Notes: generated by a model from the sequence alone, not told the origin. Positions 40,048 to 49,542 are shown, counted from the stretch's first letter. The stretch is DNA of 64,000 nt from SAR202 cluster bacterium (GCA_008373095.1 RQOP01000076.1:734-64733), one strand, 5' to 3'. Translations and numbers: made by a program.

Positions 40048-43000
40048 CTACATATTTTTCACTTTCATAATTACAACTCCATGCTGGTCATATATTTTCT
40101 CGAGTTTTCCATCGAGTCCGCTATATATTTTTTCCAATCCTATGGCTGGATAATAGAGTTTTTCTACCTCTCCTACGAATATGTATTTGATCCGGTATTT
40201 ATCCAGAAGGTCTCGTGCTACCTGAAATCCAGGCGTTGTGTAAATCGCGTCGACATCATTCATCCGAGCATTGATTTCATTTTGGTGTTCCCATCGCTGT
40301 TGCTGTTGGTGCCATTCCCAGCCTATGACTGTTGGCAGACCCGAATGTGTAGAGACCCGGCTGCCCCAACGATATGAGGGTGTTATTCCTTCTAGGATGA
40401 TCGGTGATCCAGGAATGTTTTCTCGGATCCAATTGATTGCTGTCATATCGGCAGATAAATCAATGTCACCATTTTCATCTTCATAAATGGAAGTTTCAGT
40501 GAAGGCATATCCATTGAGAGTAAATAGTGTTTTAGATGAACTGAACCGATCCTGTGTTCTGTCAATAGTTCCTATCGTTGTATAAATTAGACTGCCTGAG
40601 CCCAGTAGGATTATGAGTATGATCCATGGAAATAAAATAGCTGCTTTGGACCTAAATTGAGTTCTATTGAGTAGACGATATAAGAAGTAGGATGCTGCTA
40701 TTCCGAGAATAATCCAGATTTGTAAGTAAAACTTGAACACAGTGTTCATCCTGTCTATATCGCCTTCAATTCGCCAGATATCAACGCCAATGGCCACAAA
40801 GAAAGCTCCTATTGCTAGAAGACAAGGAAAAAAGGCATCCGAATAAGAGCTTTTTGATTTTTTGAATATAAAAAAGCAGGCAATACATAAAAGAAAGATT
40901 ACTAGAACTGATATTGGAATCGCTCCTCCAAATGTTCCGGATAATGTCCCCACGGCTACGTATGTGATGGTTAACAAAGCTACCAGAGTGATAAGTAAGA
41001 ATTTAGGATGAGAACTATAAGTTTTTGCTAAGAAATATTTTGGAGATACCCACATTCGTAAAAACTTAATGATGAATGGATACAGAGAATAGGCACACCA
41101 GGATAAAACGATTGTTAGAAATAGGCCGTGTATCGAGAAAAATTGCAGAAAAGTAGTTGTGTTAGTAGTTCTTTCTATCGAGTTGAAAAAAGTTACACTG
41201 CTGAGATGGTAAGGAAGGAATAACAGATAAGATACAGACATAGCGTAGGCAGATTTTCCGAATGTTCTGAAAAAGATCAATATACCTAAACCACCAGTTT
41301 GCCTAATTTCTCCTATTAGCAGAGCACCAATTACAACACTGGCATAGACAGGTACATCCCAGGTGTTAATTGCCGCCAAACAACCAACTGCCAATCCTAG
41401 GAATGATAGATTTGCTAGCTGCTTCCACAATACTTGCTTTGTATTATTCAGGGTTATTTGAAGGGAGATACCTAACACTAAAAGAGTAAAAGGAATAGAA
41501 ATTAAATGGGCATGGAGGTCCGCAAAAAGGAACGTAAAGAATGGGAACTCCGTTATCTCGTGTCCAGGAGGGTCGGGGGGCATCATTCTACTACTTCTCC
41601 AGTAATCGAAATCTGTAAGAATGTTTGAACCAAATCTGATTGAATCCCATACTTGGTAGAGACCGTCCAGATTGCCAATTAAGCATACGAAAAACATAGA
41701 AATCACCCCGGCCACAGCAGGGGGTATCATATTTGTTTTCCTGTTTCCTGTGATCAGGTTTCTTCCTATGGAATATGCTGAACAAGACGCTAGAGCAAAG
41801 AAAGTAGCAATTGCCAAGTTATAGGCCACTTCTGTAGTTATCCCAGTTAAGTGGATTAAAGAGGCCACTATAAATTGGCCCCAGTAATAATAATTTAGAT
41901 ATCCGCCTGAAAACCAAGGATCGTATGGAGGCATATAGGTTGATTTGACCACAGCGTTCAAATACGCCAGATCCATCGGTTTTTCGCCGCCTCTATACGG
42001 ATGCCATAGATCGGGATTCATCATTCGTATAAGAATAAATATCAGGAACAATCCCAGAAATAAAGTTTCGAGGCTTAATATTTTTACCCAATTGTTTTTA
42101 AAATATGTCCATATGTCCCGGTATACCCTCACGGTTATTGACATAGAAACTAAGGTGACTATTCCTATAGCAACCCATAAAGTAGATCTTCCGAAGCTTA
42201 AGAGATGTAGGCTAGATAAAAACCACGTGATGAAACATATTGCCAGTAGCCCTACGGTTTTACCCAACAAATATCCTTTGTCATCAAACCTTGAAAACAG
42301 CTGATAGCTGATCGGAAATGAGATCAAAGAAATAAGAGCCAAATATCCGATCCAATGTGGGAGCGGGTATTGGTTTGCTCTAGATTCTTTGCTTACTATT
42401 TGTGACCATGTACCCCCTTTTTGTTGGCTGATTTGTGTTTTCTCGGACATCATTAAGTCGTGAAATAGTTCTTTATTGTTCGATTGAGTTTGACCACCGG
42501 ATATAAAGGTGATTGCATTTTGCTCGATGATGGCTTTTAGTTCGTTGGCCCTCAGTTTTTTTGTGTTAGAGAAAATAATTACTTTGGGATGGTCATATAC
42601 GGAGAAACTTTCATCTGCAAACCCCCCGTTGATACTAAGGCCTTCATCGTATCGAAATGATTTATTGATTGATTTCAGATTCGTTCTAGCAAAAGAATCT
42701 TCATACATTTCGATTTTTGCAAAAGACATATGGGAATCTTCTATATGCGCTGGCTTAAATCCCAGATCACCAGAGAACAAGGCCTGGTAATACCCGGTCA
42801 TCAAGGGATATCGGTGGGGAATCCTAGTGACTGTCCCGTAAAGACGATTACTGAAAATTATCAAATAATCTGATTCTGATAGATGTGTCGTCATTTTATT
42901 TAACTTTGTTGGAGTGTCAGGGTCATAAATCGGAAGTTCCCGAACGTTATATTTTTCCAGATTTGGAAGACTTTCCTCCCAATGTTCTTTCAGGAGAATA

Positions 43001-44433
43001 GAGTTATTCGGTACGTTTTCGGTGATCCATTCAGATGCCGCCACCCCTGGATGGGCGGTGTCATATATGTTTTGGTAGGCTAATCCCAAAACAATTGTGG
43101 AAACTATTACTAGAACGGATAGTACATAGCCAACTAATTGGATAATTTTTCTGGACTTGCTTGCCATCTCCACTAATAGGAGGCTGGCCAATATTGCAAA
43201 TAATGGTATTACAGGTAGTAGATATCTTGTGAACTTAACTTCAAAACTACCAACTATCAGAGCGTAGGGAATAATCCAAGATATGATTAATAATTTTCCT
43301 AAAGCCTTTTCTCCTCTCAAAACAAAATTGAATATTAGGGCCAAAAAAGCAATGGATGAACTGATCACAATCATCAGGATCGAATTAGATACAATGAGTA
43401 CAAGGCTTAGCATAAGAAAAATAAAAACGGTGAAAATCCCTGATTTCCAGTGTTGTTTAGATACTAAGGCTGAAGATATTCCAAGCAGTCCTATAATTGT
43501 GAATGGCCATCCAATGGCCCATTTTCCTAACTGGACTATCTGATATAGGTAAGGTGTTGTGTCAATATACTGTCTTGTATACGGGTAGTCTCTAATTCTT
43601 CTTACCATTTCGGACTGCTCTTTGTTATCGGCAATAAATTGGTTCCAATCAAGGAACGCATACGGTTCAGCTAACACAAAGGCAACCAATCCTGCGATTA
43701 AGCCAATACCCATGTTTTTGCTCGCAGTGGAAATAGGGAATCGAATTTTGCCAGGTCCAAAGTAATAGCCAATGGAACCTATTAGGTGCGCGAATATAAA
43801 GACGCCTAAAATTGGGAAAATACTTATCTTTGAAGCTAATCCTAATCCGATTAATATTCCAGCTATTAAGGAGTCTTTTAAGGCGCCCTTCTTTGTAACG
43901 CGGTGTAGGAAAAATAGAGTCCAGATGGCAAAAAGAGTTACAAAGGTGTCAAAAGCAAAGAAGTTTGAAAGCTGAATATGAATTACTGAAAATGAGACTA
44001 GGACACTTGCTAGCAGGCTGACCTTATTCCCAAAGCAAGCCCTTGCCAACAGAGCTGTTCCAATTATAGTCCCCAGGTCAGCCAAAGTAGAAAGTGATCT
44101 GGCCATAATTCTGGAGTCAAATATTTCAGATCCGGTGATCAGCTCCCAAAAGGATTGGACAAATTCCAATAAATAAATTGGGAAACTACCATAGGCAAAC
44201 CAGTTTGGGTTCCAAGGGCTGTTGGATTGGTCAAAAATTAATGAGAGATTGGAATACTTGGGAAATTCTATTTCCCAACTCTTCATCAATATAGCTCTTT
44301 CGTCTGGATGAGGGGTGAAGCCGAATCCTTCGTCCCAATTTATTCCATTGAGTCGGAGAATTGAGGCAATAGCCAATATCAGTATCAAAGATACCCAATA
44401 TTTTTTTTCATGGCTGCGCATAGACCAAATCAT
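40048..44433 (-). CDS. giant polytopic membrane protein: N-terminal GT-C (PMT/ArnT, GT39/83-like) module fused to a DUF2298 / Chlor_Arch_YYY module
   Basis: 1461 aa with dozens of TM segments. The N-terminal PHPDERAIL-type loop after TM1 resembles GT-C glycosyltransferases. The diagnostic FSGGYLNYYYWGQF motif has its YYY codons at 41884-41892. The C-terminal soluble domain contains WEWHQQQQRW. Confidence 0.8.
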   Translation of the reverse strand: MIWSMRSHEKKYWVSLILILAIASILRLNGINWDEGFGFTPHPDERAILMKSWEIEFPKYSNLSLIFDQSNSPWNPNWFAYGSFPIYLLEFVQSFWELITGSEIFDSRIMARSLSTLADLGTIIGTALLARACFGNKVSLLASVLVSFSVIHIQLSNFFAFDTFVTLFAIWTLFFLHRVTKKGALKDSLIAGILIGLGLASKISIFPILGVFIFAHLIGSIGYYFGPGKIRFPISTASKNMGIGLIAGLVAFVLAEPYAFLDWNQFIADNKEQSEMVRRIRDYPYTRQYIDTTPYLYQIVQLGKWAIGWPFTIIGLLGISSALVSKQHWKSGIFTVFIFLMLSLVLIVSNSILMIVISSSIAFLALIFNFVLRGEKALGKLLIISWIIPYALIVGSFEVKFTRYLLPVIPLFAILASLLLVEMASKSRKIIQLVGYVLSVLVIVSTIVLGLAYQNIYDTAHPGVAASEWITENVPNNSILLKEHWEESLPNLEKYNVRELPIYDPDTPTKLNKMTTHLSESDYLIIFSNRLYGTVTRIPHRYPLMTGYYQALFSGDLGFKPAHIEDSHMSFAKIEMYEDSFARTNLKSINKSFRYDEGLSINGGFADESFSVYDHPKVIIFSNTKKLRANELKAIIEQNAITFISGGQTQSNNKELFHDLMMSEKTQISQQKGGTWSQIVSKESRANQYPLPHWIGYLALISLISFPISYQLFSRFDDKGYLLGKTVGLLAICFITWFLSSLHLLSFGRSTLWVAIGIVTLVSMSITVRVYRDIWTYFKNNWVKILSLETLFLGLFLIFILIRMMNPDLWHPYRGGEKPMDLAYLNAVVKSTYMPPYDPWFSGGYLNYYYWGQFIVASLIHLTGITTEVAYNLAIATFFALASCSAYSIGRNLITGNRKTNMIPPAVAGVISMFFVCLIGNLDGLYQVWDSIRFGSNILTDFDYWRSSRMMPPDPPGHEITEFPFFTFLFADLHAHLISIPFTLLVLGISLQITLNNTKQVLWKQLANLSFLGLAVGCLAAINTWDVPVYASVVIGALLIGEIRQTGGLGILIFFRTFGKSAYAMSVSYLLFLPYHLSSVTFFNSIERTTNTTTFLQFFSIHGLFLTIVLSWCAYSLYPFIIKFLRMWVSPKYFLAKTYSSHPKFLLITLVALLTITYVAVGTLSGTFGGAIPISVLVIFLLCIACFFIFKKSKSSYSDAFFPCLLAIGAFFVAIGVDIWRIEGDIDRMNTVFKFYLQIWIILGIAASYFLYRLLNRTQFRSKAAILFPWIILIILLGSGSLIYTTIGTIDRTQDRFSSSKTLFTLNGYAFTETSIYEDENGDIDLSADMTAINWIRENIPGSPIILEGITPSYRWGSRVSTHSGLPTVIGWEWHQQQQRWEHQNEINARMNDVDAIYTTPGFQVARDLLDKYRIKYIFVGEVEKLYYPAIGLEKIYSGLDGKLEKIYDQHGVVIMKVKNM

Positions 44434-44507
44434 TAGTAATTTCTTATGAACAGTTCGCGAAATTTATTAGAAGATTGGCCATAGATTATGATTCTCTATA
44501 GATAAGA

Positions 44508-44535
44508 TTGACTAGGTTATTCATTGAGGTAAAAT
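44508..44535 (+). promoter_or_regulatory. putative sigma70-type promoter for the CE7-to-ThuA cluster (TTGACT-N16-TAAAAT)
   Basis: Hexamers at 44508-44513 and 44530-44535. An AGGAG RBS lies 7 nt before the ATG at 44587. This is a pattern match only. Confidence 0.35.
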
Positions 44536-44586
44536 CCTTTGGCTTGTGAATTTTGTGCCCTTTTCTGAATTGGTAGGAGTAAAAGC

Positions 44587-45507
44587 ATGGGAGTGGACAG
44601 AGATTATAAATGCAGGGTTATTAAACCAGACGATTTTAACGAATTTTGGGGATTGGTCATAGATGAATTAGCTGGAATAGAACTTAATATCGTATGTGAG
44701 GAGGATAAACTCAGATCAGATGAGAATACCACTGTGTATCAAGTTTTCTTTGATAGTTTGGATCGCGTTAGAGTATCTGGCTGGTATTCAGTTCCAAATT
44801 CCCCGAAGGAACGGCTGCCAGCTATCCTTTTGGTCCCTGGGTATCAAAGTGACCCTCCCATTCCAAAGGACTGGTCTGCTAAAGGCTATGCGTGTTTGTC
44901 CATAAATCCAAGAGGAAAAGTCAGAAGTAGAAACCAATTTGATCCGGGGTATCCTGGATTACTTACACATAGAATAGTGGATAGAAATACTTATTCGTAT
45001 CGAGGTTTCTATGCTGATGCCTGGCGTGGTGTGGATTTTCTATTGAGTAGAAAGGAAGTGGATAGCGACAGAATCGGGGTGGCGGGGAGTAGCCAGGGGG
45101 GAGGCTTAACAATAACAACTTCGGCTATGAGGAAAGAGATCAAAGCTGCTTCTGCAGGAGCGCCGTATTTGTGTGGGTTCATGGACGCTATTGAATTAAC
45201 GGATACTTATCCCTACCAGGAAATTAATGACTATCTCCGTATAAATCCGGATAGTTCAGAGCAAGTGGAGAATACTCTGGCCTATTTTGACGGGATATCG
45301 TTCGCTGATCAAATAAGCTGTCCGATCATAATCAACATAGGGTTACAAGATAACGTTTGCCCTCCTGAAACAGGATATTCACTTTTTGAGACTATAGGTA
45401 GTAACGATAAGAAGTTATTTGAATATGATGGTCATGGCCATGAGGCAGGAAGATATGTGCATTCCGCAATAATAGATCAATTTTTTGACGAGCATTTAAA
45501 AAGGTAG
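44587..45507 (+). CDS. acetyl esterase, CE7 family (acetylxylan esterase / cephalosporin-C deacetylase-like)
   Basis: AXE1-type fold with nucleophile elbow GVAGSSQGGGLT, the Asp region IGLQDNVCPP and C-terminal DGHGHE. Confidence 0.82.
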   Translation: MGVDRDYKCRVIKPDDFNEFWGLVIDELAGIELNIVCEEDKLRSDENTTVYQVFFDSLDRVRVSGWYSVPNSPKERLPAILLVPGYQSDPPIPKDWSAKGYACLSINPRGKVRSRNQFDPGYPGLLTHRIVDRNTYSYRGFYADAWRGVDFLLSRKEVDSDRIGVAGSSQGGGLTITTSAMRKEIKAASAGAPYLCGFMDAIELTDTYPYQEINDYLRINPDSSEQVENTLAYFDGISFADQISCPIIINIGLQDNVCPPETGYSLFETIGSNDKKLFEYDGHGHEAGRYVHSAIIDQFFDEHLKR

Positions 45508-45514
45508 AGCAGAA

Positions 45515-46432
45515 ATGATCGATAACAGACCGATAGACTTCGGACAATTTTGGTATTCACTTGGGAAAGAGTTAAGTGAGATTCCTGTGGCTGCTGAGAC
45601 TGAAATACTCCAAATGCGTTCAACTGACTTCGCAGATCTCTACGGAGTTCATATGTCTAGCATAGGACCGTACAAAATTTATGGATATCTCAGCGTTCCC
45701 AAAGGGGACGGTCCATTCCCTGTCATTTATTACGTCCCCAAAAATGCTAGCGTCTTGGAAATAATCCCACAAGGAACATCTAATCAAATAAGAAGTAGAT
45801 ACATCACTTTTTCTGTTGCTTGCAGAGGAATGAGAACGTCTGACAGCCCTTATTCTGCTATGTATCCTGGTCAACTGACAGATGGGATTGAATCAATGTC
45901 TACATACGTTTACAGAGGTATAGTAGCGGACACACTCAGAGGATTAGATTTTTTGTTGACATTCCCTCACATCAATAAATCGTCGATTGTCGCTTGGGGA
46001 AATGATAATGCCTTGTTGGCGGGAGCTTTGCATGGAGCAGTCACTCATATAGTTTCGACCCCATCTTTTCTATATGACTCAATCCAACAAGCATCGCAAA
46101 CTTCCTCATACCCTTTGGAAGAATTTAACGATTATTTTAGACTGAATCCAGAAAAAAGAGACGAAGTTTCTAAAATTCTGGCCTATTACGACCTGAAATT
46201 TCACGCATCTGCCATAACAGCTGAGACTCTTATCATGGCTGACCATGAAGGGGGCCTTCATGATAGTAAAACCCTTTCTGAATTTAAAGAAAATATGAGT
46301 GGCCAAGTTACATTGCACACTTCGGAACGATCAAGTTACAGAGACGGGATGTTTGCTGAAGAATGGGTGACAGAAAAATTGTTTGGTCATGATGTAGCGC
46401 CAATTGTGCCCAATCATTGGAAATCTGAGTAA
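45515..46432 (+). CDS. CE7/AXE1-like paralogue lacking the GxSQGG serine elbow
   Basis: Same length and N-terminal architecture as the upstream CE7 gene (F...W..L..EL..I.......). By-eye alignment places IVAWGNDNALLAG opposite GVAGSSQGGGLT, so Asp sits at the nucleophile position. Confidence 0.6.
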   Translation: MIDNRPIDFGQFWYSLGKELSEIPVAAETEILQMRSTDFADLYGVHMSSIGPYKIYGYLSVPKGDGPFPVIYYVPKNASVLEIIPQGTSNQIRSRYITFSVACRGMRTSDSPYSAMYPGQLTDGIESMSTYVYRGIVADTLRGLDFLLTFPHINKSSIVAWGNDNALLAGALHGAVTHIVSTPSFLYDSIQQASQTSSYPLEEFNDYFRLNPEKRDEVSKILAYYDLKFHASAITAETLIMADHEGGLHDSKTLSEFKENMSGQVTLHTSERSSYRDGMFAEEWVTEKLFGHDVAPIVPNHWKSE

Positions 46433-46449
46433 ACTATTAGGAGTTCTCT

Positions 46450-47394
46450 GTGAATAATGGTGATAAGCACATACCAAGTGGTATTTCTGTTCCCCAATCT
46501 TTTATCGATGGACCCGTTGATATGGGGCTTATCAAAGAATTTGTTTCAGTCGCAGAAGATCTTAGATACAAAGGTCTTTGGGTACAAGAAAAAATTATTG
46601 GAGAAATCTCTTCATTAGAGCCTATTAATCTTCTCAGCTATATATCGTCATTAACATCAACTGCGGATCTTGGAGTTGCTGTGATAATAGGATCCACAAG
46701 AAATCCTATCTTACTAGCCAAAGAACTGGCTTCTTTAGATCAGATGTCTGGCGGAAGGTTAATACTGGGCTATGCATTAGGTGGCAATCCCAGAAACTAT
46801 TCTCTAATGGATGGCCCGGATTCTAAAAGAGTGCGCCATTTTATTGAATCGTTGAATGTTATAAAAAGCCTGTGGACCGAAGAATCCCCTAACATAGAAG
46901 GTGACTTCTGGAACTTTGACGGCCTGCCAATTTATCCAAAGCCATTGCAAAAACCACATCCACCAATTTGGTTTGGTGGTCGGCATCCGGATGCTTTAAA
47001 ACGAGCTGTAAAATACGGGGACGGATGGATGGGAGCTGGATCTACAACTTCTGATCAATTTGTAGAACATATGGGAATAATTAAAAAGGAATTAAGTTAT
47101 CTCAATAAATCTGAGAATGATTTTAAAATATCCAAAAGGGTTTATGTTGCAATAGATTCAGACAAGTCTAGAGCTGAAGAAAAGTTGAGGACTTGGTTTA
47201 AAGCGAATTATGGCAACCCAGATCTTGGGTCACAGGTGTCGATATGGGGAACTAGCGATGAGATCATTCCTGAACTGCAACGTTTGATTGACTCTGGTGC
47301 CGGTATGCTAATGTTCAATCCAGTTTTTGACCATATGTTCCATTTGGAAACGATAGCAGAAGAGGTGATTCCTTTTTTGACCGCTGGCAACTAG
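46450..47394 (+). CDS. LLM-class flavin/F420-dependent oxidoreductase (luciferase-like)
   Basis: GRLILGYALGG.......G.......R...ESL.VIK.LWTEE....EGDFWNF.G....PKP.QKPHPPIWFGG is the luciferase-like TIM-barrel pattern. GTG start preceded by AGGAG. Confidence 0.8.
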   Translation: MNNGDKHIPSGISVPQSFIDGPVDMGLIKEFVSVAEDLRYKGLWVQEKIIGEISSLEPINLLSYISSLTSTADLGVAVIIGSTRNPILLAKELASLDQMSGGRLILGYALGGNPRNYSLMDGPDSKRVRHFIESLNVIKSLWTEESPNIEGDFWNFDGLPIYPKPLQKPHPPIWFGGRHPDALKRAVKYGDGWMGAGSTTSDQFVEHMGIIKKELSYLNKSENDFKISKRVYVAIDSDKSRAEEKLRTWFKANYGNPDLGSQVSIWGTSDEIIPELQRLIDSGAGMLMFNPVFDHMFHLETIAEEVIPFLTAGN

Positions 47395-47438
47395 TCGTTT
47401 ATCTTATGCAACCACAGATATTATGCATAGCCTTATAG

Positions 47439-48308
47439 GTGCCAAAGAGATGGAGGGATATTTTGACCACTGAAAATTTCGTTAATTCACAAATACTTGT
47501 TGATACTGAATGGCTAAATGATCATATAGATGATCCAAGTATCAGGATAGTGGATTGTGATATGTTCGATTCATATTCACGTGCACATATAAGAGGTGCT
47601 GTTGGGATAAAGGTTCATCACTATATTAAGCATCCTCTTTACCCTGATGATTCCAAGGCATATCCATGGGTAGCAGAGCCTGAAGTTGTAAAAGAACTTT
47701 TTGAGAGTATGGGTATAGGAGATAACACAACAGTGGTGACTTATGACAGCGGTGGAAGCCTTTGGGCTAGCAGGTTTTGGTGGGTATTGAACTACTATGG
47801 TCACACCAATGCCAAAGTGCTAGACGGTGGATGGAAAAAATGGTTTGACGAGGGGAGGCCGGTATCGATAGACCCACCTGTACCAATAGAAGTGACGTTT
47901 ACTCCGTCTTCTGATGATACGTTGATATGCACTTTGGATCAGGCTGTTTCCAAAATTGACGATTCAGACGTTGTTTTCCTAGATGTGAGATCAGATGGGG
48001 AATGGGATGGGACAAATTCTAGAGGTAATTCTAGGTCCGGTCGGGTTCCTGGGTCTGTACACTTGGAATGGTTGAACTTCATAACAGATGACAAGTATCA
48101 CACTATAAAAAGTCCGAGTGAGCTAAGGAATATGTTAGAAGCCGTCGGTGTTACTCCTGAAAAGGAAGTAATAACTTATTGACAGGGTGGAATCCGTGCG
48201 GCGCACGGAGTGTTTGTACTTACCCTTTTAGGGTACGAGAATAAAAGAAATTATGACGGCTCGATGGGTGAGTGGGCTAATCGCACCGATACGCCTTTAA
48301 CAATGTAA
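47439..48308 (+). CDS. two-domain rhodanese sulfurtransferase (SseA/TST-like) with in-frame TGA (48180-48182) at the catalytic Cys position; candidate selenoprotein, alternatively a pseudogene
   Basis: The track ORF stops at 48182 after ...KEVITY. The same frame continues QGGIRAAHGVFVLTLLGYENKRNYDGSMGEWANRTDTPLTM to TAA at 48306-48308. The junction Y-[TGA]-QGGIRAA reproduces the rhodanese active-site loop Y-C-x-x-G-x-R-(S/A). The YDGSxxEW tail is also conserved. The total of 289 codons fits the family. Confidence 0.7.
48193..48209 (+). promoter_or_regulatory. SECIS-like hairpin downstream of the in-frame TGA
   Basis: TCCGTGC-GGC-GCACGGA forms a 7-bp perfect stem with a G-rich 3-nt loop. Its first base is the 11th nt after the TGA. 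Confidence 0.4.
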
Positions 48309-48354
48309 TTCTTTAGGCTTAATAGAACCTCTAGAATTCAAAAATGGAGATACC

Positions 48355-49488
48355 ATGGGTAGATCGATTCACCATCCTGTTGGACTGATACATAATTCCC
48401 CTTCCAACACTTTCAACGGGTATACCTTGTTCAACACCAATGGCGGCAACCATGCCACCATGATTGATAATCTGGGCCGGGTTGTCCACAGATGGAACTA
48501 CGATGGCGGGATAATATATTCCTACCTTCTAGAAAATGGGAATTTATTGGCTAGAACTAAACCTCCTGAAGATGTAGACATTGTCAAAGGTCTAGGAGGG
48601 TCCTCATCCTCGCTTATAGAGATGGATTGGGATTCAGAAATTGTATGGGAATACAAAGATCCTATGCTGCATCACGATTACACTAGGTTACCCAACGGGA
48701 ATACAGGAGCACTTTTATTTAAAGAACTGGATGAGGACATCTCTCGACAGGTAAAAGGAGGTCATCCCAGAGAGGATGACCCTAAAACTATATTAGGTGA
48801 TGTTATAAGGGAGATTGGCACAGGTGGAGAGACTGTAAACGAATGGGAAATATACAGTGAATTGGACTTTGATGAAGACGTAATTTGTCCTTTAGAGCAT
48901 CGCCGCGAATGGACGCATGCTAATAGCTTAAATTTAATGCCCAATGGTGATTTTTTAGTAAGCTTCAGAAACATTAGCACGGTGGGAATAATAAGTAGAG
49001 AAACTGGGGAGTTTGTCTGGAAATGGGGCCCTGGAAACGTGTTTCATCAACATCATCCCACAGTTCTTGAAAATGGAAACATATTGATTTTTGATAACGG
49101 TAGCCATTCTCAAGGTATGGATAGGTCCAGAGTCATTGAAGTAAATCCTGTAACTAATGAAATTGAATGGGAGTACACTGAAACTCCAGCACTCGCGTTC
49201 TATAGTTTTCATATTAGTAGTGCCGAAAGGTTAGACAACGGGAATACTCTTATTTGTGAAGGAGCTTTCGGTAGGATCTTTGAAGTTACGAAAAATGGGA
49301 GGGTTGTCTGGGAGTACATAAACCCTTTCTATGCTCCCGATTTGAGATCAGGTGACCCCACCAATATGGTGTTTAGGGCCCATAGATATTCTCCTGAACA
49401 TCCTTCTTTAGAAGGAAGAGATTTGAATCCGGATATTTATAAAAATATTAATAGGCTATATGGTGGGGGAGAAATTGGTGATTCTTGA
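48355..49488 (+). CDS. arylsulfotransferase (ASST)-like beta-propeller protein
   Basis: Repeated NGN-containing blades (LLENGNLLA, RLPNGNTGALL, THANSLNLMPNGDFLVSFRNISTVGIISRETGEFVWKWG, QHHPTVLENGNILIFDNGSH, RLDNGNTLI) resemble the ASST family. There is no signal peptide. Confidence 0.6.
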   Translation: MGRSIHHPVGLIHNSPSNTFNGYTLFNTNGGNHATMIDNLGRVVHRWNYDGGIIYSYLLENGNLLARTKPPEDVDIVKGLGGSSSSLIEMDWDSEIVWEYKDPMLHHDYTRLPNGNTGALLFKELDEDISRQVKGGHPREDDPKTILGDVIREIGTGGETVNEWEIYSELDFDEDVICPLEHRREWTHANSLNLMPNGDFLVSFRNISTVGIISRETGEFVWKWGPGNVFHQHHPTVLENGNILIFDNGSHSQGMDRSRVIEVNPVTNEIEWEYTETPALAFYSFHISSAERLDNGNTLICEGAFGRIFEVTKNGRVVWEYINPFYAPDLRSGDPTNMVFRAHRYSPEHPSLEGRDLNPDIYKNINRLYGGGEIGDS

Positions 49489-49542
49489 AATGGTTTAGTG
49501 ACGGCTTAGTTTAAAAAGTAAAGTAGGTGAAAGGAGGATTTC

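Noticed and set aside
40012-43975. Plus-strand ORFs overlapping the 1461-aa membrane protein gene (40012-40377, 41945-42304, 42509-42790, 43283-43543, 43772-43975)
   Set aside because: They are shadow ORFs antisense to one continuous, motif-bearing 4.4-kb ORF, and none has RBS or motif support.
48180-48182. TGA reassigned genome-wide (code 4 Trp or code 25 Gly) as an explanation for the interrupted rhodanese
   Set aside because: Other well-supported genes in the window terminate at TGA at the expected protein ends (kdgK at 50401-50403, the ASST-like gene at 49486-49488). No other gene shows internal TGAs. A Trp or Gly at a catalytic Cys position would also make no functional sense.
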